Below, in pieces: positions 15,163-23,485 of a stretch of DNA of 28,105 bases. The notes below the pieces were generated by a model. That model ran no database searches and was not told where the DNA came from. It was given only the letters and a program-made list of their open reading frames with translations. Source of the DNA: Candidatus Auribacterota bacterium. Lineage in GTDB: Bacteria > Auribacterota > UBA6266. The position numbers and the translations under genes are program-made. Within the stretch, counting starts at the first letter, position 1. The number at the start of each line of letters is the position of its first letter. The DNA lies in contig JAGLRQ010000114.1 in the NCBI GenBank assembly GCA_023136205.1, forward strand, positions 1-28,105, read 5' to 3'.

Positions 15163-16308
15163 CTATCGTTTCTTTGAAAAATAAATCGAAATCTTTGCTA
15201 GTTTACTGGCTGGCTGATCCTCTTCAGGTTCCAAATAGCCAAATTCGGTAAAAACAACATCCGCAGAAACCACCATGGTTTGTATTCGGCTTTTCAATTT
15301 CGCGATTTCTGTCCTTGCAATAGAGAAAATAATAAGCTCTCTCGATTCATAATCAACTGAAACACCTGTTTTTCGAATAATATTCAATAATTTTGGCCTC
15401 TGGCGTACAGCGGAAAAAATATGCCAGTGAAAGATGTTAGAAGGTTTATCTTTTTTGTTTTCAAGATACATAGAAACACGGCTTTCTCTTTCCTGAAAGG
15501 CAGCTGTTCCGGCACTGTAATTATGTAAAGGATTTCTCCGCTGAAAAGCGAACTTTATTTGCTCAAGCAAGTTATCAAGCTCCGCACCCTTGACATTAAA
15601 AACAAGCAAACTAGAATCTTGATAGTCGGGCCTGATGCCCAGGATGCTAATCATATCCAATAGTTTGGTTTTTTCAGTGTCTTCAGAATATATAAAATGC
15701 CAATGAAGCGGTTTGGGTTCAACAATTTGAACCTCGGCCATATCTGAAGAATCAGCCAATGCCGAAGTTTTTTCTGTAGAAACTCTCTCTTCAAAAATTC
15801 CCCCGGCAGCTTCTTTCTTCTCAGGCAGTCCTCGTGTTTTTGCGATTCCTTTTAAATCTTCAGATAACAATTCTGTTTCGTAATTGTTTATCGCCGGCCT
15901 TCGCTCTATAATTGTTGTTAGCACGGGAGTTTCATCTACTTCCCTTAAAGAACAGCGGTATTTAAAATACTCAGTCCCGAAGAAAAGTATCGAAAGTGCT
16001 AAAATCCCGACAAGAATTCTGATATTCAGCTTTTTCGAAATAACAAACTTGGGCTTTCTAATTTCTTGTTCAGCTTGTTTTAACCTGAAAAGGATTGTAG
16101 AGCTTAAATCCGAAGGGGCGTCAACATCGCCTAATTCCCACAACTGATTGGAAATAGACCCTATTTTTCTTACATAATCCTTGCACTTCCCGCAGCTATT
16201 CAGGTGGTTAACGAAAGCCTGATATTCATCATCTACAAGTAAGTCATCCAGGAAGGCTTTTAATTTTTCCCTGATATCGCCGCAATCCATGTTAAAATTA
16301 TTCTCCAC
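15163..16308 (-). CDS. Membrane-spanning zinc-finger (ZAS-type) anti-sigma factor with a duplicated extracytoplasmic domain
   Basis: 381 aa. The N-terminus has C9 plus the HxxxCxxC motif (HLNSCGKC, H35/C39/C42). One TM helix follows (IRILVGILALSILFFG). The C-terminal region has two similar units of about 85-90 aa, each opening with HWH (residues 200-285 and 291-380). The gene overlaps the sigma gene by 11 nt. An alternative start is Met7 at 16290. Confidence 0.75.
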   Translation of the reverse strand: MENNFNMDCGDIREKLKAFLDDLLVDDEYQAFVNHLNSCGKCKDYVRKIGSISNQLWELGDVDAPSDLSSTILFRLKQAEQEIRKPKFVISKKLNIRILVGILALSILFFGTEYFKYRCSLREVDETPVLTTIIERRPAINNYETELLSEDLKGIAKTRGLPEKKEAAGGIFEERVSTEKTSALADSSDMAEVQIVEPKPLHWHFIYSEDTEKTKLLDMISILGIRPDYQDSSLLVFNVKGAELDNLLEQIKFAFQRRNPLHNYSAGTAAFQERESRVSMYLENKKDKPSNIFHWHIFSAVRQRPKLLNIIRKTGVSVDYESRELIIFSIARTEIAKLKSRIQTMVVSADVVFTEFGYLEPEEDQPASKLAKISIYFSKKR

Positions 16309-16804
16309 TGCTCAAAACCTCCTCAACCTTCTCTCTGATATGAATCCGTGCGCGCACTGTTTGAATCCGAGAATCACTTTCAGGTATCTTAAAGATGGCG
16401 GAGATTTCTCTATAGGAAAGATGAAGCTGATCGCGTAAAAGAAGAAGGGCTTTCTCGTTAAAGGTGAGCGCCTGAAGAGCCTTTTTTATCATAAGAAGTG
16501 AATTTCTTTTTTCGGAAGGAAAATCCGCAAAATCAGTTTTCTCAGAAAAGGGAATTATTTTTGCGGCCCGGCTTTTTTCAATAGCCGCGCGGACAAGACT
16601 GATAAGAAAAGAGCCTTTATCTTCAAGCGAAGGGGTCGAGACAAGCGCCTCAACAAAACTCGAAGCTGTAATATCATATGCCTTATCACGGTCATCTCCA
16701 ATCAAATACAATACCAAGACAAAAGTTCTTTGCTGATACTGCTCCACGAGCAGCGCTGCAGCCCCCTCATTACGCCTTATGCCACTATTGTCTCTATCTG
16801 TCAT
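16298..16804 (-). CDS. ECF-type (group 4) sigma-70 family factor, divergent
   Basis: 168 aa. The region 2-like segment is LVEQYQQRTFVLVLYLIGDDRDKAYDITASSFVEAL followed by FLISLVRAAIEKSR. The region 4 HTH is LSYREISAIFKIPESDSRIQTVRARIHIREKV. It lies immediately upstream of, and overlaps, a ZAS anti-sigma gene. The usual W and N residues of region 2.3/2.4 (WL..IA.N) are replaced. Confidence 0.7.
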   Translation of the reverse strand: MTDRDNSGIRRNEGAAALLVEQYQQRTFVLVLYLIGDDRDKAYDITASSFVEALVSTPSLEDKGSFLISLVRAAIEKSRAAKIIPFSEKTDFADFPSEKRNSLLMIKKALQALTFNEKALLLLRDQLHLSYREISAIFKIPESDSRIQTVRARIHIREKVEEVLSSGE

Positions 16805-16822
16805 CTTATCCTTTATGGTCTA

Positions 16823-17212
16823 TTATGCCTTAAGGTTTTGATTTTGTATCTTCTTAATTGCATCTAAAAGCTGGCCAAGATCTACAGGTTTTATAAGATA
16901 CTCAAACAACTGAGGGCACCCCATGTTTTTCAACTGCTTGCGATACGATTTTGTGCCTAATGAACCGCTTAAAATAATAACCGGTATCCGCTTATTTATC
17001 CTTTTCATCTCTTGTAAAACATCAAGGCCTTTTATCTTGGGCATCTTCATATCCAGAATTATAAGATCGGCCTTAATATCAGAACGAAGTATTTCAACAG
17101 CCTTCTCTCCGCCTAAAGCGGTTATTACTTCAAAGCCCATTTTTGCAAGAAAAGTTTCTAAAATTTTTACTATCGCGGGTTCGTCATCTACTACTAAAAT
17201 CCTATATGTCAC
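16823..17212 (-). CDS. Single-domain CheY-like response regulator
   Basis: 129 aa. ILVVDDEPAIVKILETFL...LIILDMKMPKIKGLDVL...PVIILSG...YLIKPV shows the full receiver-domain signature (DD pocket, phospho-acceptor D, conserved S/T and K). Confidence 0.9.
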   Translation of the reverse strand: MTYRILVVDDEPAIVKILETFLAKMGFEVITALGGEKAVEILRSDIKADLIILDMKMPKIKGLDVLQEMKRINKRIPVIILSGSLGTKSYRKQLKNMGCPQLFEYLIKPVDLGQLLDAIKKIQNQNLKA

Positions 17213-17236
17213 GCTCTACCCCCATTTTTTTCTCCA

Positions 17237-19918
17237 CTAATAGATAGGTAAAAGGATGACAGCGGCCGTCCCCTTGCCCATTTTGCTTTCATATATTATT
17301 TCTCCTCCATGAGCCTTGACAATGCCATAACACACAGAGAGCCCTAATCCGGTTCCGTTTTCCTTCGTTGTAAAGAACGGGTCAAATATCTTTTTGATAA
17401 CTTTTTGCGATATGCCGATGCCCGTATCTTTAAAATTTATGTGTATATTATCATCTTTTTTTGAAGTAGATATCGTAATAGTCCCTCCTTTGGGCATAGC
17501 TTCTTCGGAATTCTTTAATAAATTCATAAATACTTCGTGCATTTGTTTTTCGTCTATCTCTATTTTAGGTAAAGACGCGGTATACTTTTTTGTTATTTTA
17601 ATATCTGAAAGCGAGTATTGGTGTTCCAGTAATTTGACCACAAAATCTAAAGATTTATTAATATCTACCGCTTTAATTTCGCCTTTGCTTGGTTTCGAAA
17701 ATACAAGCAATCTCCTGATAATATCCTTTGCCCGCGTACACTCTTCTTTAATAACCTGGAAACTTTCCTTTAAGTGCGGCCGGCCTTTGAAATCTTCCAT
17801 TAGAGAAAGCTGCGCGTTGCCGGATATTATCATCAAGGGATTATTTACTTCGTGAGCCATGTCGGAAACGAGGCTGCCAAGCGAGGCAAGTTTTTCAGAC
17901 TGCACCAACATGCCCTGGGTTTCTTTTAATTCCTTTAAATTTTTTTCCAATTTTTCTCTTATTTGATTATTGTCATTCAGCATGCTTAGCATTATTCCGT
18001 GGGATTTTACCGCCTCTCTTAAGGCCTGGTTTAATTTTTCTTCCGCTTGCTTACTCTTGGTGTTGTCAATAAATGTTTCAAGCAAAACATTTTCATTGTC
18101 AAACGTAATCTCGTTGACTGTCTTAATAATAGGTATTTCCTTACCGTCATGCCGCCGTAATATCCTCTCACTATTATCCAATTGCTTATTTTCATCCAGG
18201 ATTGGGCATCTATCTTGATCGGCAGGACAAAGATATTCACCACAGTTTTTACCTATCAGAACATTTACATTCTCAATACCGGCCATCCTTCTAGCGCTTT
18301 CGTTAACCCATCTAATCTTCCTGTCCTTGCCGACGATTACAATCCCGACTTGCGTCTTCTCTAATATGCTTTTAGTGTTCGTATGCGCTTGTTCAAGCGC
18401 TTTTTCCGCTTGCTTGCGCTCAGTGATGTCTTTAGCCAAATAAACTATGCCCAGAATTTTTTCACAATGCACGCCCCTCTCTTTGTATGTTGGGCAATCT
18501 TTTACCGGGCCGTTAAAAGGGCAATCTACAGACTTCATCACCGCACCGCTTAAAAGTACAGGAACTTTTCTGTCATCTTTGGCCCTAAAATATATCTCGT
18601 AGTCCTCTAATATGCCCCTCTCAACAAGTTCCCCAAGTTTAGTCCCCTTAGGCGCTCTTTCTTCTTCCGGAAACAAAAGGCTTACATCTTTTCCGATTAA
18701 TTCTTGCTCATTGTATCCCAAAACATCTAATACTACTCTGTTAGTTTTCTCAATTTTCCCATCAGGAGCTGCCACAACCAGAATATCAGTCATACTGCCG
18801 ACAATATTATCAACATAATTTCTAGAAACAACTGTATTTTTTAAATCAGCGGTCATTTGATCAAATGCCCGTGAAAGTTGGCCAATTTCATCTTTCGCGT
18901 TAGTTCCTACCTTATAATCCAGATTGCCAAAACCAATAACTTCGCTTCCTTTGTGCAGCGCATGAATTGGACGGGAGATAATTCTACCTACAAAAATTCC
19001 AATCAGCCATGCCGCAATAGGAGTAACTATTGCGACAAAAATTAGCAAATTTTTCATTTTCCACAATGGCGCAAAAGCCTCTTTTTTATCAATTTCTGTA
19101 ACAAGAATCCACTGCATTGGATTTATATGATCGTGTATACCCACAACTTCAACGCCTCTGTAATTCGTATATAGGAGAGGGTTGTGCCTATGTTTTTCTA
19201 TCCCAAATTTTTCAATAGCTTTAAAAGCTTCTCTTACAACTTCAGTGTCAATTCTTACTTTAAGAAAAGTATCTTCTTTAAAACGGGAAGGCGTTATCAT
19301 GTGGCCGTCTCTATTCACAATATAGATCTCGCCGGTTTTGCCTAAACCTGTTCTGTTTGTTGTTGTTTCAAACAATGCTGTCTCATTAAAATTTATAACA
19401 GTAATCCCCGCGAACTCTCCACTTAAAAATATCGGGGCTGCTATGCTGATAACAATATTTCCGGTGAATTTAGAAATATGTATATCTTCGATATAAATGT
19501 CTTCCCGGCCTTTTAAGAATATTTTTTCCGCACTTTTATCAAGGCTTATATCTTTATGGCTGGACACGATTACTATGCCGTTTTTATCCAAAATCCTGAT
19601 TCTGGAAATTTCCGGGAGGGCTTGTAGCGTACTTTTTATCCTTCTATTGGCCTGCGCTATTCTCTGATTATTGTCTTTAGTCATATCTACTGCGTCTTTA
19701 AAAACGTTTCCCGCTGCTAATATTGCGGTAGCTTCTTTATAGCCTTTTAATATCGTTTCTATATGGGCAGCTCTTGATTGACTCGCTGTGGCTAAATGGT
19801 TAAATATCGCTGTCTTTAAATTTTCTTTTTCTATATGATAAAAAATAATCGTTACTGATACAGCCAAAGTAATGGCTGTGACAAAAAAAGAAAAGCTTAT
19901 CTTATTCGCTATCTTCAT
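17237..19918 (-). CDS. Sensor histidine kinase: Cache-like periplasmic domain, HAMP, two PAS domains, HisKA, HATPase_c
   Basis: 893 aa. TM1 spans residues 8-27, followed by an extracytoplasmic domain of about 260 aa with Cache-like features, then TM2 (LLIFVAIVTPIAAWLIGIFVG). A HAMP region follows (RPIHALHKGSEVIGFGNLDYKV...DEIGQLSRAFDQM), then two PAS domains. The H-box is SDMAHEVNNPL, the N-box is NLLKNSEEAM, G1 is DTGIGI and G2 is GTGLGLS. Confidence 0.9.
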   Translation of the reverse strand: MKIANKISFSFFVTAITLAVSVTIIFYHIEKENLKTAIFNHLATASQSRAAHIETILKGYKEATAILAAGNVFKDAVDMTKDNNQRIAQANRRIKSTLQALPEISRIRILDKNGIVIVSSHKDISLDKSAEKIFLKGREDIYIEDIHISKFTGNIVISIAAPIFLSGEFAGITVINFNETALFETTTNRTGLGKTGEIYIVNRDGHMITPSRFKEDTFLKVRIDTEVVREAFKAIEKFGIEKHRHNPLLYTNYRGVEVVGIHDHINPMQWILVTEIDKKEAFAPLWKMKNLLIFVAIVTPIAAWLIGIFVGRIISRPIHALHKGSEVIGFGNLDYKVGTNAKDEIGQLSRAFDQMTADLKNTVVSRNYVDNIVGSMTDILVVAAPDGKIEKTNRVVLDVLGYNEQELIGKDVSLLFPEEERAPKGTKLGELVERGILEDYEIYFRAKDDRKVPVLLSGAVMKSVDCPFNGPVKDCPTYKERGVHCEKILGIVYLAKDITERKQAEKALEQAHTNTKSILEKTQVGIVIVGKDRKIRWVNESARRMAGIENVNVLIGKNCGEYLCPADQDRCPILDENKQLDNSERILRRHDGKEIPIIKTVNEITFDNENVLLETFIDNTKSKQAEEKLNQALREAVKSHGIMLSMLNDNNQIREKLEKNLKELKETQGMLVQSEKLASLGSLVSDMAHEVNNPLMIISGNAQLSLMEDFKGRPHLKESFQVIKEECTRAKDIIRRLLVFSKPSKGEIKAVDINKSLDFVVKLLEHQYSLSDIKITKKYTASLPKIEIDEKQMHEVFMNLLKNSEEAMPKGGTITISTSKKDDNIHINFKDTGIGISQKVIKKIFDPFFTTKENGTGLGLSVCYGIVKAHGGEIIYESKMGKGTAAVILLPIY

Positions 19919-19928
19919 AAAAGTTCTC

Positions 19929-21458
19929 TCATTTTTTCTTTACTTTATTAAGTTCTTCTTCAAGCCGCTTGACTTCCTTTTTCAATTCCAGAATCCGCTC
20001 TTCTCTTACCGTGCTGGCTTTAAAGAATATTTCGAGCTCCTTTAAGCGTTTTTGAAGCTCAGCATCAGCCTTCTTACGCTCGGTAATGTCTTGCGCGAAA
20101 CCCGCAAAGCCGTAAGGCTTGCCTTGTTCGTTTTTAAGGAGAGTAACCATCATCATTGTCGGAAATGTTGTTCCGTCTTTGCGCATGTGTCCTACTTCAC
20201 CGATTTTGTGCCCACTTTGCTTAGCCTCCTCGTTGAACAGGATCACATCAGTCTTCAACTGTTCTTTAGTGTGAAATATACTTAGATGTTTACCTATCAG
20301 CTTGTCACTACTCTTATATCCGTGCATAGCAGCCCACGCGTGGTTAACGAACTGTATATCGCCTTCAATGTTCGCAACGGCAATTCCTTCCGCCGCCTGT
20401 TCTACTATTGTTGCCATCCGACGTATCTCTTCGTTCGCCTTCTTACGCTTGGTGATATCTCGTGTAATTCCGGAAAAACCCGCGGGATTTTTATTTTTAT
20501 CAAGCAGGATTTTACCATGTATTTCAACGGAAATCATTCTTCCATCTTTATGGTTCATGCTCATTTCATATGTCGCGTTGTAACTTCCCTTATTTTTAAA
20601 CGTTTCAGTTATTACGGTTAGCGTTTTTTTTATATCTTCCGCGGAACAATGCTCAGTTAAAGTAGTGCCGATCCATTCTTCCGGTGTATATCCAAGCATG
20701 GGAAAGATAGCCGGATTGATATAGGTAAATCTTAAGTCTTTATCCATCATCCAGATGCAGTCAGCAGTATTATCAGCGAGAAAACGATACTGTCGCTCGC
20801 TAGCGCGTAATTTCATATCAGCTTTTTTGCGCTCGGTGATATCAAATACCCTTGCCTGAAGTACTTCCTTGCCACCCAGCGTCATCTTATCAAGCAACAC
20901 TTGGGCAGGAAAATCAGTACCGTCCAAACGTCGGTGTAAATGCTCAAACCGTATGCTGCCTTCTTTTAAGGCACGTGCAATATTATTCCTGGCATAACTC
21001 ATCGAATCAGTGCCGTCCGGTTGAGTCGGAGGTGAAAAATCAGCCGGATGCTTGCTGCAAAATTCTTCTTTGGTGGCACAACCGAAAAGTCGCAACGTCG
21101 CATTATTACAATCAAAAAAACCTTTCTCATCGAGGAGCATTATCGCATCGCTGGACGAATCGTACAGGACTTGGAGCTTAATTCTACTTTCGCGTATCTC
21201 ATCTTCCGCTTCCTTGCGCTCGATGATTTCAGCGCGGAGCTGCTGTTCACTCGCCTTTAATTGGTGATTAGCGGCTTTCAATTGCTGTTCAGATGCTCTT
21301 AACTGCTGGTTCGCGGTTAACAAGGCGCCTTTTGTCTTGTTGTACTCGGCTTGCGATTTTAGAAATCCTGATATCTTTTTTTTAAAAACTTTTATTTCTT
21401 CAATAAGATTTTTTATTTTGGTTTTTCCTTTATTTTCCATTTTTCGGCCTTTTGACAT
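19929..21458 (-). CDS. Soluble triple-PAS sensory protein with N- and C-terminal coiled coils and no output domain
   Basis: 509 aa. The N-terminal coil carries a tandem 14-aa repeat (QQLRASEQQLKAAN/HQLKASEQQLRAEI). Three PAS-like modules each end in a DITERKK/DITKRKK junction. The C-terminal coil reads ELQKRLKELE...ELKKEVKRLEEELNKVKKK. Met7 (21440) has the better SD-like AAAGG, so the start may be 18 nt downstream of 21458. Confidence 0.8.
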   Translation of the reverse strand: MSKGRKMENKGKTKIKNLIEEIKVFKKKISGFLKSQAEYNKTKGALLTANQQLRASEQQLKAANHQLKASEQQLRAEIIERKEAEDEIRESRIKLQVLYDSSSDAIMLLDEKGFFDCNNATLRLFGCATKEEFCSKHPADFSPPTQPDGTDSMSYARNNIARALKEGSIRFEHLHRRLDGTDFPAQVLLDKMTLGGKEVLQARVFDITERKKADMKLRASERQYRFLADNTADCIWMMDKDLRFTYINPAIFPMLGYTPEEWIGTTLTEHCSAEDIKKTLTVITETFKNKGSYNATYEMSMNHKDGRMISVEIHGKILLDKNKNPAGFSGITRDITKRKKANEEIRRMATIVEQAAEGIAVANIEGDIQFVNHAWAAMHGYKSSDKLIGKHLSIFHTKEQLKTDVILFNEEAKQSGHKIGEVGHMRKDGTTFPTMMMVTLLKNEQGKPYGFAGFAQDITERKKADAELQKRLKELEIFFKASTVREERILELKKEVKRLEEELNKVKKK

Positions 21459-21487
21459 TTATAATTTTTTTCATCTTATTGTAAATT

Positions 21488-21496
21488 ATTATATCA
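21488..21496 (-). promoter_or_regulatory. Candidate extended -10 element (TGATATAAT) for the long minus-strand array
   Basis: Plus-strand attatatca at 21488..21496 is TGATATAAT (TGnTATAAT) on the minus strand, about 30 nt upstream of the ATG at 21458. No good -35 is present. It lies in the AT-rich 240-nt divergent intergenic region. Confidence 0.3.
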
Positions 21497-21640
21497 TATC
21501 AAAAAAATATCCATACTTTTTTAGGGAGCAATATGGCAAGAATATCTTTGTTAGAATATTTTTTTAGCAATTTCTTTACCTGTCTTAAAGTTTAAATTCA
21601 TATCCAGCTCTTTTCAACAATTACAGTTTCTCTTTAATCG

Positions 21641-21669
21641 TTGAATTTTCGATGCACTTAACTTATCAT
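21641..21669 (+). promoter_or_regulatory. Candidate sigma-70 promoter for the ParB-like/phosphoesterase pair
   Basis: TTGAAT (21641..21646), an exact 17-nt spacer, then TATCAT (21664..21669). An AAGGGGG SD follows at 21676..21682 and the ATG at 21699. Confidence 0.4.
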
Positions 21670-21698
21670 CTTTTTAAGGGGGTATTACAAAATAACTT

Positions 21699-22661
21699 AT
21701 GAAAAAGAAACAAAAAATTGAAATTGATGCTTTAAAGGCTCAGGTTGCCTCAAAATCCGGCAAAAAACTTTTAAGGAACAATGATATAATTATAAAAGAG
21801 GACAAGGAGCTTGTCGATTACACGAGGCTGATTAAAAATCTCGACACAAAAAGCATTTCGTATGTAGGCATAAAGCCGATACCAATAAAAAACATAATAG
21901 GCAGTGTGGATCGTTATACCGATTTTACCAGTAAATTTTTCACAGCGAAGGACATCAAAAGCGCAAAATATTTAAGCGTGCTTAACGCGATAAAAAGTGG
22001 AAAAGAACTTGCTCCAATAAAAGTTTATCAGGTTTTGGATAATTATTTTGTCATAGACGGGCACCACAGAGTAACTGTAGCAAAAAATGTCTTTAAAACT
22101 GAATTTATAGATGCTGAAATAACAAAAGTGGGTTTCGAACTTGATCTCAAATCCGCAAAAAAATATACATACAACTCCGCGACAGCAAAGAAGTTTCTAA
22201 TACTCCTTGAAGAAAAAAGCTTTGAAGAAAAGACACATCTAAAAAATAACATTTTAAAATATCCTATAAAAGTAACCAATCTTACAAGCTTTGCCAAGCT
22301 ATACGAAGCAATCCTATCGTTTAAGGAATATCATGATAAAGGCAGGTTAAAAAACAGGGAAATAATTTACGCGGCTTACGAATGGTATGAAAACATCTTC
22401 ATACCCGCAATTCATGTAATCTTCAAGGATAAGCTCTTGAAAGATTTTCCTGATAGAACCTATACTGACCTTTACGTCTGGGTTTCTCTTCATAAGTACT
22501 ATTTGTCTCAAGAAGTCGGTTATGACGTAGGCTTCGATTTTTCAAAGAAAGATTTTATAAAAAAATTTAAGCCTGAGAAGATTACAGATATTATCCCTTC
22601 AATATTCACTAAATTTTTCAAAGGTATTGCCAGGCCCTCCAGGGAAAAGGGTAACACGTGA
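21699..22661 (+). CDS. ParB/Srx-fold N-terminal domain protein with a DUF4032-like C-terminal region
   Basis: 320 aa. IPIKNIIGSVDRYTDFTSKFF...LAPIKVYQVLDNYFVIDGHHRVTVAKN matches the ParB/sulfiredoxin-like domain pattern (IvGSvgRy.dF...PPI.vy....YFV.DG.HRvsvA). The C-terminal part (AAYEWYENIFIPAIHVI...FPDRTYTDLYVWVSLHKYYL) resembles the conserved tail that accompanies this ParB-like subgroup. I recall the family name from memory and have not verified it. Confidence 0.6.
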   Translation: MKKKQKIEIDALKAQVASKSGKKLLRNNDIIIKEDKELVDYTRLIKNLDTKSISYVGIKPIPIKNIIGSVDRYTDFTSKFFTAKDIKSAKYLSVLNAIKSGKELAPIKVYQVLDNYFVIDGHHRVTVAKNVFKTEFIDAEITKVGFELDLKSAKKYTYNSATAKKFLILLEEKSFEEKTHLKNNILKYPIKVTNLTSFAKLYEAILSFKEYHDKGRLKNREIIYAAYEWYENIFIPAIHVIFKDKLLKDFPDRTYTDLYVWVSLHKYYLSQEVGYDVGFDFSKKDFIKKFKPEKITDIIPSIFTKFFKGIARPSREKGNT

Positions 22662-23365
22662 TAAAAATACTAGCCATATCGGACAGGGAAAGTTCTTCTC
22701 TGGAAAGTATTCTGAAAAAAAATCCGTCCATTTCCAAAAGCCTTGACTATCTAATCTCATGCGGAGACCTTGGAAGAGATTATCTGACATATCTCTCCGG
22801 ATCGCTAAACCTTGAGCTAATGTTTGTTTACGGAAATCATGATGCCCGGCAAAAAGAAAGCCCCGGCGGAATTCAACCAGCCGCTTTTAACTCAAGAACA
22901 GCTCTCCCCGGCAGTAATCTCCATAAGAATTTCATCAAACGGGGAGAATATTCATTAATCGGATTTGAGGGCTCACGGTGGTATAACGGGCAGGGAACAC
23001 AATATGAAGAAAAAGAGATGAAAAGTCATGTCAATTCCCTATTAAAAAAAATTAAGCTGAAACATATGTTCGGGAAAATATCCGGCAGGCCTAAAAATCC
23101 GCTTATTGTCGTATCGCACGCACCCATCGCGGATGTTCACGATCTCAAAGATCCCTGTCACAAGGGCTTTGACTGCTTCAAAACAGTTATTGAAAAACTG
23201 CAGCCTGTCCTATGGCTGCACGGGCATATCCATCAACCAAGCCTTTTAAAAAACCAGGCTACAACATATAAAGGTACCAGGATTATAAATGTCTGCGAAT
23301 ACAGGTTTATAAGTATTGACGCAGGTGGAAAGATAAAAGTTTCCTATGACTGGAATAAAATTTAA
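22658..23365 (+). CDS. Calcineurin-like metallophosphoesterase
   Basis: 235 aa with a GTG start in a GTGA overlap with the upstream stop. The motifs are ILAISDRE (motif I with His replaced), CGDLGRD (GDxxDR), VYGNHD (GNHD/E), VVSHAP and LHGHIH (GH). Confidence 0.8.
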   Translation: MIKILAISDRESSSLESILKKNPSISKSLDYLISCGDLGRDYLTYLSGSLNLELMFVYGNHDARQKESPGGIQPAAFNSRTALPGSNLHKNFIKRGEYSLIGFEGSRWYNGQGTQYEEKEMKSHVNSLLKKIKLKHMFGKISGRPKNPLIVVSHAPIADVHDLKDPCHKGFDCFKTVIEKLQPVLWLHGHIHQPSLLKNQATTYKGTRIINVCEYRFISIDAGGKIKVSYDWNKI

Positions 23366-23433
23366 AACAGGAAAAATAGCTTTGACAGCCAGCCTTCCAA
23401 CATTTTGTGACAGGGATTAACAGAATTTACAGT

Positions 23434-23468
23434 AAAAAAAAGAAAAGATGCTGAAACAGGTTCAGCAT
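23434..23468 (-). terminator. Rho-independent terminator of pyruvate kinase
   Basis: A perfect 8-bp stem, atgctgaa (23448..23455) with ttcagcat (23461..23468), encloses the 5-nt loop acagg. On the minus strand the stem is followed by CTTTTCTTTTTTTT (complement of 23434..23447). It lies 72 nt downstream of the pyk stop. Confidence 0.8.
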
Positions 23469-23485
23469 GACAAAGCAAGGAGATA

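Noticed and set aside
19919-19928. The PAS-only gene and the histidine kinase as halves of a disrupted single gene (pseudogene).
   Set aside because: The PAS protein ends in a complete coiled coil with a clean stop. The kinase begins with its own Met, N-terminal TM helix and periplasmic domain, so the two are intact separate genes.
21337-21567. 76-aa plus-strand ORF spanning the divergent intergenic region.
   Set aside because: It overlaps the 5' end of the PAS gene in antisense and runs through an AT-rich promoter region. The translation is hydrophobic low-complexity sequence with no start signals.
22043-22790. Minus-strand ORFs 22043..22297 and 22599..22790 opposite the ParB-like and phosphoesterase genes.
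   Set aside because: They are antisense to motif-bearing plus-strand genes, and their translations have no recognisable features.
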